Assembly (NCBI GenBank): GCA_020137815.1
Contig: CM035360.1
Location: forward strand, 3,720,001-3,784,000
DNA from: Hormiphora californensis
Taxonomy: Eukaryota; Animalia; Ctenophora
Length of the DNA stretch: 64,000 bases
Reading direction: 5' to 3'
This document shows positions 13,095 to 25,859 of this stretch, in pieces. The notes beneath the pieces are model-generated. The model did not search any database. It was given only the letters and a program-made list of their open reading frames with translations, and had not been told where the DNA came from. How positions within the stretch are numbered: position 1 is the stretch's first letter; each line of letters opens with the position of its first letter. A program made the position numbers and the translations under genes.

Positions 13095-14052
13095 AATGAA
13101 TGATTCTCACCAGCCCCCTCCCAGAGACAGTGTTGGTAGTACGGAATCCCATGCCTTCCTAAATGTACTAAACCAATAGCTGCAGGGAGGTGCCCCTCTA
13201 CAACCCCGAGGAGTTCTATATTGCACACCGGGATAATATCAAACATATGTGTGAGTATCTCGTACCGTTCAATGTTTATACTGCCTTGATAATGAAATTA
13301 GGGGGGGGGGGGGTTCAACCCTAAAAGTTTCGAACGATACCCACTTTTTGGTAAATCGAAATTTTATTTTCGAAATTTTTCGAAATTTTTCGAAATTCAT
13401 CACAATTCGAAATTTTATTCGTAAATCGAAATTTTTCGAAACTTTTCGAATCTTTTCGAATCTTTTCAAAATATTTCAAAATATTTCGAAATCCATGGCA
13501 ATTCGAAATTTTTCGAATTTTTTCGAAAATTGTCGAAATTAATCGAAATGTTTCGAAATGTTTCGAAATGTTTCGAAATTTGTTGACCTAAAAGTTTCGA
13601 AAAATTTCGATTGATACCCTGATTTTGGCAAATCGAAATTGAAATTTTTAGGTTGAACCCCCCCCCCCCCCAATTACCCCTCGTCGCGAGCGTAATGGGG
13701 TGACTTCGACCTTCGTACCAAACATACTGCCCTTCTTACTTCTTAGGAGACTCTATTAATTAAAATAAACCCTCTCCATAATCAGTAATCACCCCTGACC
13801 CTACTTTATCTACATCCCTGACCCCACAATAAACCCAAATGCTCATCCCCACAGTAGAAGAGTTGAATTGGAATCCTACTATTGATCCTGTGGTTGATGG
13901 GTTACTGGAGGTCCTTTCCTTACAACTCAAAACTACTGACCACGAGTTTGAGACGCTGGAGACTCTGATTGGTGCACGGGAGATCAGCTGTGTTGATTTA
14001 TACAACGAAATGATCAAACCGGTAAGTGGTGAGATTGTTACTTTAACTTTGT

Positions 14053-14137
<85 letters not shown>

Positions 14138-16115
14138 TGATAAAAAATATAATTCATTAAACTCGTTATAAACAACTTTATCATGTATTATTTCAGGTCA
14201 CCTATACATTACCAATAGCCCGTGCCTCAAGATTCCTATTCGACTGTTATTCCTACATTCGTTTGCTGGACCCCACCCGGGTTGACAGGAGTTACCTCAT
14301 TCAACAAATTGATTTCCTGATTAAAGGTAAGTAGCACTTGGTCACGAAGTCATCCCTGTTATTATTATTATTGCACCGTGAGCTATTATATCGCGGAGGA
14401 GTAATTTCATTACCAAAGGTAGCACGTAGATTTGTGTAAACACATGTTCAGAAATATTACGGATAACATTGCTGTATAAAATGGGTACCATGTGTCTAAA
14501 GCCCCACATTATGTCCCATTTCTCTCACACAGAGGCGATATACCTGAACGACACATGTCTCTGGCCGGAACTCTCCCCCGATGTTAATGCTGTGAACTTC
14601 TCCACCACTGTGCGATATGGAAACCCCCAGTCAGGTGTGGGTCACCTGATGAGGATTGTTGAGTTTGCGATCCACCTACTGGCAAAGTTCCTTAGTGGAC
14701 AGTATTCACCACAGTTGGAGAAACCGACTGGCAAAGGGACAGTTGTAAGTTGGTGGCACCGGGCAAAGGGACAATTGTAAGCTATTATCGGGATATCCCC
14801 TTATCTCTCTCCCTCTCTCACACACTCCATATATACTATCTATCCCTCCCTATACTACATGTATCTATCCCTCAATAGCAAGTCGAGGTCCTACCACCGA
14901 AGCCGTTAACTCTAAATGAAGAGGACCGAGCACGGGTGATTGAAATTGCTACTGAGGCCATCGAATTGGTGATCAAACTAAATTGTGAGTTTAAAACCGA
15001 CGAAGTGTATTAGAATTAGGAACCGACCGAATCAGGAAATACTGGTCCCTGATTGGCTGATAACCAGTCACGTGACCTAAATACCGAGTTCTGATTGGTT
15101 GTTTACTTGTTTCGGTCGGTTCCTGATTAGAATCTATCGGATATCCCATACTTTCGAGATCCCAATTCCCATACTTTCTCTCTCTAATTGGGAGTATGGG
15201 ATTCCGGAAGTATGGGTCTATGGTGATCACCGTGTATTGTAATTGAGATTTTAGACATCTTGTTATGTTCTAACCGGGGGCACGGTGCAGAGAGAGGGTA
15301 GAGCAAGGCAATGTATGTATGTAATATTGTAAAAACAAATTACTCCAGGTATTCCGACAATACACATGGCATCTCTCCTAATTACTAATCTACTGGAAAA
15401 TGGGGATCCTGGTAGAGCGTGGCGAGTTGCCAACATGTACTACACATATCGTGAGTAAGGAGGGAGAGGGGACGTGGGGGTTTAGCCTTTAGGTCTCATG
15501 AAAACTCTCGGAGAGTTCAGATTTCCACTGTCTAGGAGTCAGGAGAGCCTGGATAGATAACTATATGAGGGGAGCCCCTTCATATACCATTTTCCTCCCT
15601 AGGTCTACCATTTGAAAATCTTACGGTTCTAAAGTACGTTAAACTAACACCAGATTGGACGGAATTCAGTAAGTCCCTGAATTAAAGAATACTGTTTGTA
15701 AGTTGACTATTTATTTTATTTACGGCCAGAATTTCTTCAAACAGTTCTTTGTAAATGGTACAATCGTCCCACAGGAAAAACGGAGTTGCATCATCTAGAA
15801 GAACCGCTGTTGAAGAGAGTCGATTCAGTGGTAGCAGAGACAGAGAAGAAGTTGGGGAAGTATGTTCTATTTTACCTAGCTAGACTGTGTTACAAATGTA
15901 AAGGAGGGTTAGAACATAACAAGTTCTATTTTCTATTTCCTAATTTCAATTGTTCATCTCTGTTTTAAATTAAATTCTGTGAATTCTTCAGGCCAATTGA
16001 CGAAGTTATTGAACTATTAGGACAGCACGATGAAGCGTTCCTAGGCAATTACACTACAACGGCATACAGCAAAGCTCTCAACAGGGCAATGCAAACTTAT
16101 GATATGGTCAATTAG
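13095..16115 (+). CDS. Uncharacterised multi-exon protein (start uncertain)
   Basis: In-frame GT-AG exons near 13180-13249, ~13840-14021, 14196-14326, 14533-14744, 14878-14984, 15349-15449, 15730-15859, 15992-16115, ending RAMQTYDMVN-stop; no family recognised. Confidence 0.55.
13301..13671. mobile_element. Non-autonomous element with poly-G/poly-C termini and internal TTTCGAAA-rich tandem array
   Basis: G-run+TTCAACC ... GGTTGAA+C-run termini, flanked on both sides by AATTA; a partial end is also at ~37225-37260. Confidence 0.8.
15017..15125. mobile_element. ~109-bp hAT-type MITE
   Basis: TIR (T/C)AGGAACCGACCGAA; 8-bp TSD ATTAGAAT at 15009-15016 and 15126-15133. Confidence 0.88.
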
Positions 16116-16339
16116 GGGGAGCTGCACTCCATATATGGACATCACGTGACAGTTTCCATATATATATGGGCATCACCTGACTGGCATGAAACTGTGTTGA
16201 ACAAAACAAAGTTGAACTGAGTTTTAGTAATTTATTGTCGGCGAGACAGAGATAGCGTTAACTTATTTACTTATAGTTTTATATGTGTGCGATTATTCAC
16301 TACTATATCGCCTGAACTTTTTCATGCTTTTGCACAAGA

Positions 16340-16470
16340 CCCAGTTTTACTTAACCCCTCTGGGACCCCTTTACTCTATAATACCACCCCACCACTCTAT
16401 AACAATACAGTTGTACTGAACCCCTCTGGGACCCCTTTACTCTATAATACCACCCCACCACTCTACAATA
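16340..16470. repeat. ~66-bp tandem duplication
   Basis: aacccctctgggacccctttactctataataccaccccaccactcta x2. Confidence 0.85.
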
Positions 16471-16592
16471 CCACTTACACTCTCTAATTTACTTTTCAAA
16501 CTATAGCTGCTAGCTCCATGGCAGAATGATGTGGAAGCCGTGATTTTCCTGATTTTGCGCTGATCGTGACAGTTTCACGACTGCTGGGTCGG

Positions 16593-19500
16593 ATGAACGG
16601 GACCGGTTCCACAGATCTTATGGTGATACGTGTCCCCAGATGTAAGTATCACGTGATCACGTGCACTCCATATATGGGCATCACGTGATGTAAGTTGTAT
16701 TGTGGAAATTAGTCGCCATCTCTCCATCTCCCTAGGTGCGTTGTTTAGATACCTAAAATGGATGTTGTTGCTATGCGGTATCCTAGGAACCGGTGGAACT
16801 CTCTATTACCTCAGGATATCCTCAACCCGGAACACACTTCCTGATTTCGCACTTCTCAAACCTCACGATTTCAACTATGCAGTCATGTTGGATGCGGGTA
16901 GCTCTGGAACAAGGTAGGAGTCATTCTTGTTGTTTGTAACTAAGTCATGATATACAGGGTGTCCCACTGTCTTTGTGTGACCTGCGATTTTGGGTCATGA
17001 CCGCAGGTCACGCAAAGACAGTGGGACACCCTGTATATTGTCGCTCCACACCTGTCGATCACTATTTAGTTGCTCGTTCCTTGTGGGATGGGGACTGCCA
17101 ATGCAAGTTTATTAACCCCCGTCCCCACTCAGAGTGTACTTATACCGATGGCCTCCTGGAAACACGGACGGTTTACTAAAAATCGAACAAATGAAGGACC
17201 GGAATGGGAGGATTATGGTTCAGAAAACTAGTCCGGGTCTGTCTGCCTATGCAGATAACCCCATGGCAGCGTACCAGAGCATCAAGTCGCTCCTCCTGTA
17301 TGCGTCACTGAATATACCGAATGGGAAGCATAAGGAGACTCCTCTGTACATTCTCTGTACTGCAGGTCAGTACCATATATGGGTATTTGGTGTGCTATAT
17401 TTGGGCATGAGGTGTGCTAAAATCTTTCTACGGGGATATTTAACAAATTAATTCCGTTAGGTATGAGACTATTGACTGAGGAGAAGAGGAATAACATAAT
17501 GAATGCCATATCCAGTAAAGTTACCACCAGCTTTGATTTCTTCTTCCAGCCATCCCATATCGAGGTTTCTATCATTTTGTTGGTTCATCACTAATCATCC
17601 CATTTGTTGATCATTTCATTGATTTACGTTGACGACGTCCCGTAGAAAATCAATGAAATGATCACGTCACGTGACACGTCGTGAATTTTCCGAGGACTTT
17701 GCAGCTCTCAATGGTTGTGGGACATATCAATGTCGCACTCTCCCTCCGACATGTCTGTAACGCGCATTGTGTGGTGGGGTGGTTTTGTGCGCGACGCGCA
17801 GCATCTCCGATCTGACGGGGAGGAGCTAAGTCGTCAAACAGTCTTCTGTTCATGCTTGGCTGGCTGGTTATATTCTAACTGTGTAGTACAATAAAAAAAG
17901 TAGCTATTGGGAAGAAATGGCCGAATTAATTCCAAATTCTCTCAGGTTATTGATGGACGTATGGAGGGTGTATATGGGTGGATAGCAGTCAACTACATCC
18001 TTGGCCGATTTGACCACACATTTGAGACAGGTCCCCTCCGATCTTCAACCGTTGGAGCCCTTGACATGGGTGGAGCTAGCACTCAGATAACATACGAAGT
18101 ACCAAAATCAGAGGCAGTCCCTTCTGCTCTCTCCATGGATATAAACCTTGGTTGCCATGGTCACGCAGGTTCCCCCTCCCATACCTACCACCTGTACGTC
18201 AACACATGGCTAGGATTCGGGGCCAATGAGGCTCGGAAACGTTATGTAGAACACGTTTTGGAGAGCAATGTAGGAGCAAAGTCACTAGTAGACCCCTGCC
18301 TACCAAAGGGCATGGTGGAGACGCAGAAGAACGGTGCTGGTGTGTTGGTTCAGTTTACAGGGTCGGGTAATTTTACTGCCTGTAGACAGGCCCTATACCC
18401 GTTACTGAAGATACCAACAACATGCCCAAGATCACCTTGTAGTATGAACGGGGCTTTTCAGCCACCCATTAACTTTTATAATCAGGTACATGCTCAGAGT
18501 CTATAAAATTAGGAAACTTTCAAAGACTGTAACTCTACTGCACCCACTTGTTATACGTATTGTTATACGTATTGTTATACGTACATTTACACCATTTGAG
18601 AGAGGATCGGCCCACGGGTGAAACATTGGTAGTGTTATACCCGCCATCTCACCCAATCCCAAATTAAATCCCCCACAGGAGATGTACGGGTTCAGTGAGT
18701 ACTGGTACACCATGGACGACATCCTAAAGATAGGGGGACAGTACCGGGAGGAGAAGTTTATCAAGGGGGCCGCTGAGTTCTGTTCCACCCCCTGGACCGA
18801 CCTAAACAACAGGTACATTATATGTATTACAACAGGAACCGACCGAAACAAGTAAACAACCAATCAGAACTCGTTATTTAGGTCACGTGACTGGTTATCA
18901 GCCAATAAGGGACCAGTATTTCCTGATTCGGTCGGTTCCTGTATAACACGGTCGCTTGTAGTGGGAAAACGGTAATGGAAAACGAAGATACAGTAAGACG
19001 ACGCGCAACCGTGACCAATCAGGGCGCTAGTACGTGCTGACACATGAACTTTTTGCTGCGCGTTATGCACCGTGTGCGTCTCCTTACTGTATTTTGCGTT
19101 ACCGTATTTTGACTGCAAGCAGCACTGTTACAAGAATCTCACACTGCTGTCATTGCAACAAGATTTAGCATAGTAGCGTTGATAATGTTGCGTGACACAT
19201 ACTTTGAGTTCATGTCTTTGTTTCTTACCCCGCTCCCTCCACCAGGTTAAAATCAGGGGAGTTTCCGAATGCGGACCAGCATCGTTTCCAGTATCAGTGT
19301 TTTAAAAGCGCCTGGGTCTTGGCCATTCTACATGATGGTCATAGGTTTCCCTCAAATTATGATAAATTTGTATCCGCTAAAACTGTCAACGGTAATTTAT
19401 TACTCATTTCAGATATAAATCTTAGATCATGATATAGATCTAATAGTCAGTTCAATTTTGTGGTTTATTGTAATTGTTAAGCAACTCAGTTAATAATTTA

Positions 19501-20263
19501 ATAATTTATGTCACTCAATATGATTCCTCCTACCTACAGGCGAAGTAGTGCAATGGACGTATGGGGCGCTAATTTACCGGACCCGGTACCTTCCACTAAG
19601 AGAGGAGGGTGTTGATAAAATGTCATCCATATCTGTGTCCCGGTTTGATAGCATTCTACATTATACCTCCATCTTCTGCTTCTTTGTAAGTTGATTGCAT
19701 CATCTGTTAGTGTTGGTGTGTTAAGATGTTTCACCCTGATTTACAGAGAAAAATAGGGTCCAATCTGTACCAATATTTGAGTTATTTATTCCAGGTGGTA
19801 CTGTTAGCGATTATTTATTGGGCGTACAAGTTACACAAGATCCGAAAATCTCGTGCCCTCTTCCAGCTCCCCTCCAAGATTCAGGACGTTTCTGCAGCAG
19901 GTGAGCCGGGGTTTAATCTGCGGAGCTAGCCGCACTCCTTTTAATAAACTACTCTACACATATGCACATGGCAACCGCTTCGAAATGCTAAAATTTCATA
20001 TAGTTATCAAATTCTAGCGCTCTTTCCTCCCAATCTAACTTTTGCGGTAAATTTCATATAGTTATCGAATTCTAGCGCTCCCACTCCCACTAACAGAATC
20101 TTTTCCGTTAGATTACCGTTTTGCGGGTAGCCCCAAGATCAACTACAATGATATCTGTGCACCACCCCGTACCACCGGGCTCCTCCCACGAACATTTAGT
20201 GATACAAGTCTACTCAACAGAGATATAGGGGGATCAAAAACCATCTTGCTGGGTGATCACTAA
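16593..20263 (+). CDS. ENTPD4: Ectonucleoside triphosphate diphosphohydrolase 4/7 (GDA1/CD39 family); alternative ends at 19929, 20263 or 21766
   Basis: Apyrase conserved regions DAGSSGTR, TAGMRLL, GRMEGVYGWIAVNY, DMGGASTQI, QWTYGALIYRTRYLPL; N- and C-terminal TM helices. Confidence 0.92.
16955..17033. mobile_element. 79-bp hairpin MITE, Tc1/mariner-type
   Basis: CAGGGTGTCCCACTGTCTTTG...CAAAGACAGTGGGACACCCTG flanked by TA on both sides. Confidence 0.85.
18833..18941. mobile_element. hAT-type MITE copy (same family as 15017, opposite orientation)
   Basis: Same TIRs and interior; degenerate 8-bp TSD tattacaa/tataacac. Confidence 0.88.
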
Positions 20264-20521
20264 CGAATTGTTGCTATGGGAACCATCTTCTTAACAACTG
20301 ATTGGAGAAAACCATGACAAATAGGGACTGTAATTTATCAAATTCAAAACTGTACAAGTTTAACTCAGTTTTATTAAGTTGATAATTTGATTTCTTTTTT
20401 GGTAAAGACTAGGCAAGGGATTATAAACTATTTAGGTTTACTTTATTAAGACGTCAGATATATAAATTATTTATAACCGCTAGTTTAAATTAAAGCGATT
20501 TCTTAATCAGTTTTTGGTATA

Positions 20522-21375
20522 CAGTCGGACCCCGATTTAGGGACCCCCGATTTAGGGACACCCCGATTTAGGGACAGGATTTTTTTCCCCCAAAAATTTT
20601 TGAATTTTTTTGGGAAATTTTTTGTGAAATTTTTCAAAAAGATTCCAGCCATGTCCGAATCGTGTTTCGAATCGGTGCATCTTATCGCATGTCCTTCTGC
20701 TAATTAGACGGTTTGGAACGAACCGATACGTGATCCCCATGGTGCCCATCGAATCACAAGTTCACCAAGGTCCAAGCGTCAAAATTTCGTTTCGATGGGG
20801 ATCACGTTTCGATTCGTTCCGTCTAATTAGCAGCAGGACATGCGATAAGATGCACCGATTCGAAACACGATTCGGACGTGGCTGGTATACCTTTAAAAAA
20901 TTTTATAACTTTTTTGCAAAATTTTACAGTACGATTGTCAATGCTTTGATCGGTGCTCCCCATAAATTTTGAGAGAAAAAGTTATTTTTAAATTTTTATA
21001 CTTCCTCACCCGCTTAGGGTGCCCCGATTCGGTATGGTATCACGTATCGGTTCGTTTTGAACCCGCTAATTAGACAGGATATCCAGTAAGTTGCACCGAT
21101 TCGAAATACAAACCGGACGGGCTGGTATAACTTAGAAAATTTTTCACATTTTTTTGAAAAAGAATTATTTTTTTAATCAGAAATGATCATGTCATCAATA
21201 CATGAATATTGCATATAACAGTTAGAGGTGTCTTTAGTCTTAATAATTGTATAGCATTTTGGGCAATAAAATAGGTTTTTTGGGTCAAATATGGCTCACC
21301 CCGATTTAGTGAACACCCCGATTTAGTGGACAAGACCCTTTCCCCCGAGGGTGTCCCTAAATCGGGGTCCGACTG
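20522..21375. mobile_element. ~850-bp non-autonomous Tc1/pogo-type element
   Basis: TIR CAGTCGGACCCCGATTTAGGGAC / GTCCCTAAATCGGGGTCCGACTG, TA TSD, subterminal CCCCGATTTAG repeats, internal repeated gcaccgattcgaaacacgattcggac blocks. Confidence 0.88.
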
Positions 21376-21951
21376 TACTATGGGGGATGATTTATTGAAT
21401 TCTTTAGGTTCAGAGAGGTTTTAGATTTAGCAATCTGTCGTTTATGTACAGTATATTTAATCAGCTTTACGAGGTTCAGGACTTTTAAATGTTGTAATAT
21501 CAATCTGTATTAAATTCCATTGACTTCTACATTTCGATCCACCAAAAACCGGTAACTTTTAAAGTTTTCAATGACCTAATTTAGTTTAGCATTCTCACAC
21601 ATCTAACACCCCCGTCCATAATATAAGGATACTCTGTGAGATTGTAATCCCTTTTTTATTTCATCTAGCACGCACCAGCATGTCTTCACAAAAACGTACA
21701 AGACAAGAGGATGAGAGAACCAAACCTGTAGGAACCACCTCTGAGAGATCATTACGCAATGATTAGGTAAGAATTTTAGTCAAGTATTTTATACCATTAC
21801 CATTCATCTCTCACTCACTCTCTCTCTCTCTCTCTCTCTCACCCTCTTTCTCTCTCCTCTCTCTCCTATGTCTATCGTTAGCATAGTCACACATAATTAA
21901 ATAACGTATTTTAGTGGTCTTATTTTCAAGGACATACACTTTCGCTATATC

Positions 21952-22021
<70 letters not shown>

Positions 22022-22252
22022 CTATCTCTCTATCTCTCAGTCTCTCCGTCTCGGCAAATAATAATATATGAGACTGACGGCAATAAATAAACACTCAGAC
22101 AAAACATACATCGACAAGCACCTCTGACATGTCGTCATCTGTGCTAATCTAGCTCCCAATGAGTTAAAATATATCCACTCCTAATCGTGCGTTCACAGAA
22201 TTTTTATTGGCGCACCCAGAATCCAGATATATATATCAATAAAATAATTGTC

Positions 22253-23457
22253 TCATTCAAGCAAGCGTAGGAATTCTTCGAAATTCACTTTCCCGTCTCC
22301 ATCTGCGTCTACTTCTCGGATCATCTGTGTTACTTCCTCATCAGTTAAAGTTTCACCTGTAACGGATATATTATGTTACTTATTTCGTTACTTATTTAGG
22401 TAATTAATTGGTAACATTTTATTTCAATAATTAGAGAAAGAGGCTATCAATATTAGCGCTGGACAGCCCCCCGGGGAGTGGTTATTTTACCAACCTAATT
22501 TCTTCATCATTTCCTTTAGTTCATCGTGAGTTATCACCCCATCTCCATTCTTGTCAAACACTTCAAATGCGTCCTTTAATTCTGTTCTCCTGTCCACCTG
22601 AGAGAATAACGTGTTGGATTTAGCATTTTTATAATGTGCTGTCTGGTGATGAAGTCCTGGAAAAAAATCAAAGAAAAGCAAAAAATATTGGGTAGTATTC
22701 CACCCTATGGAGCTAGAAACCACACTGAGCTCGACCTTTTCTGATTGTCTTTGGATTGGTTTTGTGACAGCACAACCAAGAGTCACATTTTGTTTTATGC
22801 TTTGTTTTACCGCTCTTTCGATGGTTCAAACTCGGCACATGGTTTCGGAGTGTTTTATGCTTTGTTTTACCGCTCTTTCGATGGTTCAAACTCGGCACAT
22901 GGTTTGTACACGTGTTGTATCACTTTAGATCCTCCCCAATGCTGATCTACTCGTCTCTCTCAATCTCCTCCTTTCTCATCTACTGCATCTCTGATATTTC
23001 TCTCACTACTGCATCTCAATATTTCTCTCACTACGATCATGGTCTCAACATGGCTTCAACAGATCATTTGCAACCAGCAAGAGGTGGTCCACCAGTGTCC
23101 AACTTGACGTGTTTGGGTTTTGATTGGTTCGTATTGTTTTGTTGGGCAATCACCTCGGATCCACATAACCGTTTCCCTGCAAGGGTACGGTAGCGTGTTT
23201 CCAAGGTGGAGCCCATGGTGCCAAGCCCACTAGCTTTGCAGCTTGGGGCAAGGGCCAGCCACGAGGGCTGGCGGTAGTATCTGTTTAGAGCTTGTCTTAT
23301 AGTGTGATTCTCGGATAGAAATGTTCCTTGTGTTTTAGTAGAGATCTATATGTTGTAGCTGTCTTTTGAAGATTGAGATATCTATCTTCTCCTTCTGCAT
23401 ATTTATCTTCTCCTTCTGCATGTATTTTTCTCTCACTTTTCTCTCTGCTCCCTCTCT

Positions 23458-23523
<66 letters not shown>

Positions 23524-23544
23524 GCATCTCATCTCTCGCCTCTC

Positions 23545-23606
<62 letters not shown>

Positions 23607-23666
23607 CTCTCTTCTCTCTCGCTTTCTCTCTCTCTCTCTATCTCTCTCTCTCCTCTTCTCTCTCTC

Positions 23667-23726
<60 letters not shown>

Positions 23727-25210
23727 CTTTATTTTTTGCAAATGCACTCTCTCCTTTTTTAGAAAGTTACAACAACTGCTCCTCCTGATTTGCTTCCTAC
23801 TTAACGTGCATCTCTCCCTTCACACTTCAGCCCCCTTTGTAATTTCATAGTAACTTCCAGTCTCAGTTACGGACGGGGATATCTTCTAATTTGAAACAAG
23901 CAATCTCATGAACCTTAGCTCCCTGATATTGATTAAGCAGCATATTGATAGTTCTAACATTGATGTTGTCACTTCTTCCTTGTCACTTCTTCCTTGTCAG
24001 ATTCTTCCTGTTCCATTTTCATAGCTCCTCATATTTCTGCATGATTAAGGAAAGAGCTGTCTGGCGCCGCCCGACCCTCGTTTTGATTCTCAGATCGGGT
24101 CGGCGCCGCCAGCTAGGCGAGGAGAGGTCAGGATCACAAGCATTACCTGTCTGGAGCCGTCTCCTCTGTGCTTTGTCATCATTGTTAGGAACTCTCCAAA
24201 ATCTATCACTCCATTATTATCAGTGTCAATCTGTAATGATTAGGGTGATTAAAACAATTAAAATAACAATTAAAATAATATGTATAATTGATACAATAAG
24301 AAATCAAATTAGCAGACGATTTCACAAACCGAAAAACAAACAAACAAATGCACAAACAAACAGACATACCTCGTGAATCATATCTCTTAGATCTTGCTCT
24401 GACGGTTCCTGGCTCAAGGATCGCATGACTTCCCTTAATTCCTTCCATATCAATTGTGCCATTTTGATTCTGAAAGTAACTTGTATTAATTAATTAATTA
24501 GTCTAGTTAAGTTAAATGACTTTTATGTTATCACTGCTGCAGTAGTGCAGTAATAACTCAAAAGCTTTGAAAACCAATGCCTGAAGTCTGAAACCCCCCT
24601 GAAACCTTACTGACGAGTGCATGATGTCAGTAAGGTTTCAGACTTCAGGCATTTCAAGATCATTATCCTCTATTCTGATCTTTTGATAAAGTCATTATTT
24701 TGAATCAAAATCGAGCGTGACTGCTGCGACAAAGGGCTTCTGTTAATTAAGTATTTTACTTCTTGGGTTACTTCTAATTGTATTTGTTGAGTACCCCCTT
24801 ACTCAACAAAATTGTATAGAGAGAGTTTGTTGATCAAAACTATGGAACCCATTCAAGTACAAATATGTTCATTGTTCAGGCTTCCTGTGAATTCGTTGTC
24901 ACGAAACCCATACCCTGGCCGATATAGGTAGTAAATCGTACCAATTAAAGTTAACGAAATTTTAGTTGGCCAAAAAATCGGCTATGGCAATAGTATTTGT
25001 TAGGCAACTGGCAACTGGCAAGAGCCCAAATTATCTTCAGTTCTTGTAAATTAAGAACAAAATATTAAAACCATTGGGCCCGGCGCTTGCCAGCGCTATG
25101 ATAAACTCAAGTTATAGGATGGTTACAGAAACACATACCTTATCGAACAGGTTGAACGCCTCCTTGTACTCAGCTACCTCATCCGGGGTCAGTTCGAATC
25201 TCTTGGCCAT
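22253..25210 (-). CDS. Calmodulin-like 4-EF-hand protein; exons ~25210-25139, 24469-24370, 24231-24148, 22597-22495, 22356-22253; one apparent +1 frameshift at ~24443
   Basis: [75 protein letters not shown]...[22 protein letters not shown]...[30 protein letters not shown]. Confidence 0.9.
22791..22905. repeat. 60-bp tandem duplication in an intron
   Basis: tgttttatgctttgttttaccgctctttcgatggttcaaactcggcacatggttt x2. Confidence 0.9.
24577..24653. repeat. Hairpin/inverted repeat (short MITE-like)
   Basis: aatgcctgaagtctgaaacc...ggtttcagacttcaggcatt. Confidence 0.75.
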
Positions 25211-25708
25211 GGTGATGAACTCTGTATAGGGTTTGTAATTGTAATTGTAATTGTAATTGTAATTGTCTCTTTATAGGGTTTGTATTGTCAGTAAACAACG
25301 ATATATTCAATACTAAATTAATAGATTACTTAATTAATTAATTACTTAATTAATTAATATAATAGATTTAAACTGTAGAATTGTCAGTAGACCTGGGCTA
25401 GTTTTAGACTCTGATTCCGTACAGACTGGACACTGAAGAGGATTTATAAAAATAAAGGCAGGTGCCCAGGTGGTATGGGGAGACCAAAAGTGATTAAAAA
25501 AGTAGGCGAGAAATCTTGAGCAGCTCATCTTATATTAGCAAAGCAATTACTACTAACAGCTACTGCACAAAACAGTGAAAGTAAACAGTGGTACATGGAA
25601 TGTATGATGGAGGTATTACCGGATTATGCCCGCACTGGTAGTACCCCACATCATGTCTGAACTTAAATACCACTGCTAACTAGCCGTGAATAGTGACTGT
25701 AGTAAACT

Positions 25709-25859
<151 letters not shown>

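Noticed and set aside
14991-15230. ORF containing QEPTETSKQPIRTRYLGHVTG
   Set aside because: Reading frame through the hAT MITE, not a protein
20552-20972. ORFs MGITYRFV.../CDKMHRFETRFG repeated at 40385-40588
   Set aside because: Internal repeats of a non-autonomous element; no DDE transposase
22253-25210. Possible Ca2+-activated photoprotein
   Set aside because: Four-EF-hand calmodulin architecture of ~150 aa, lacking the photoprotein framework
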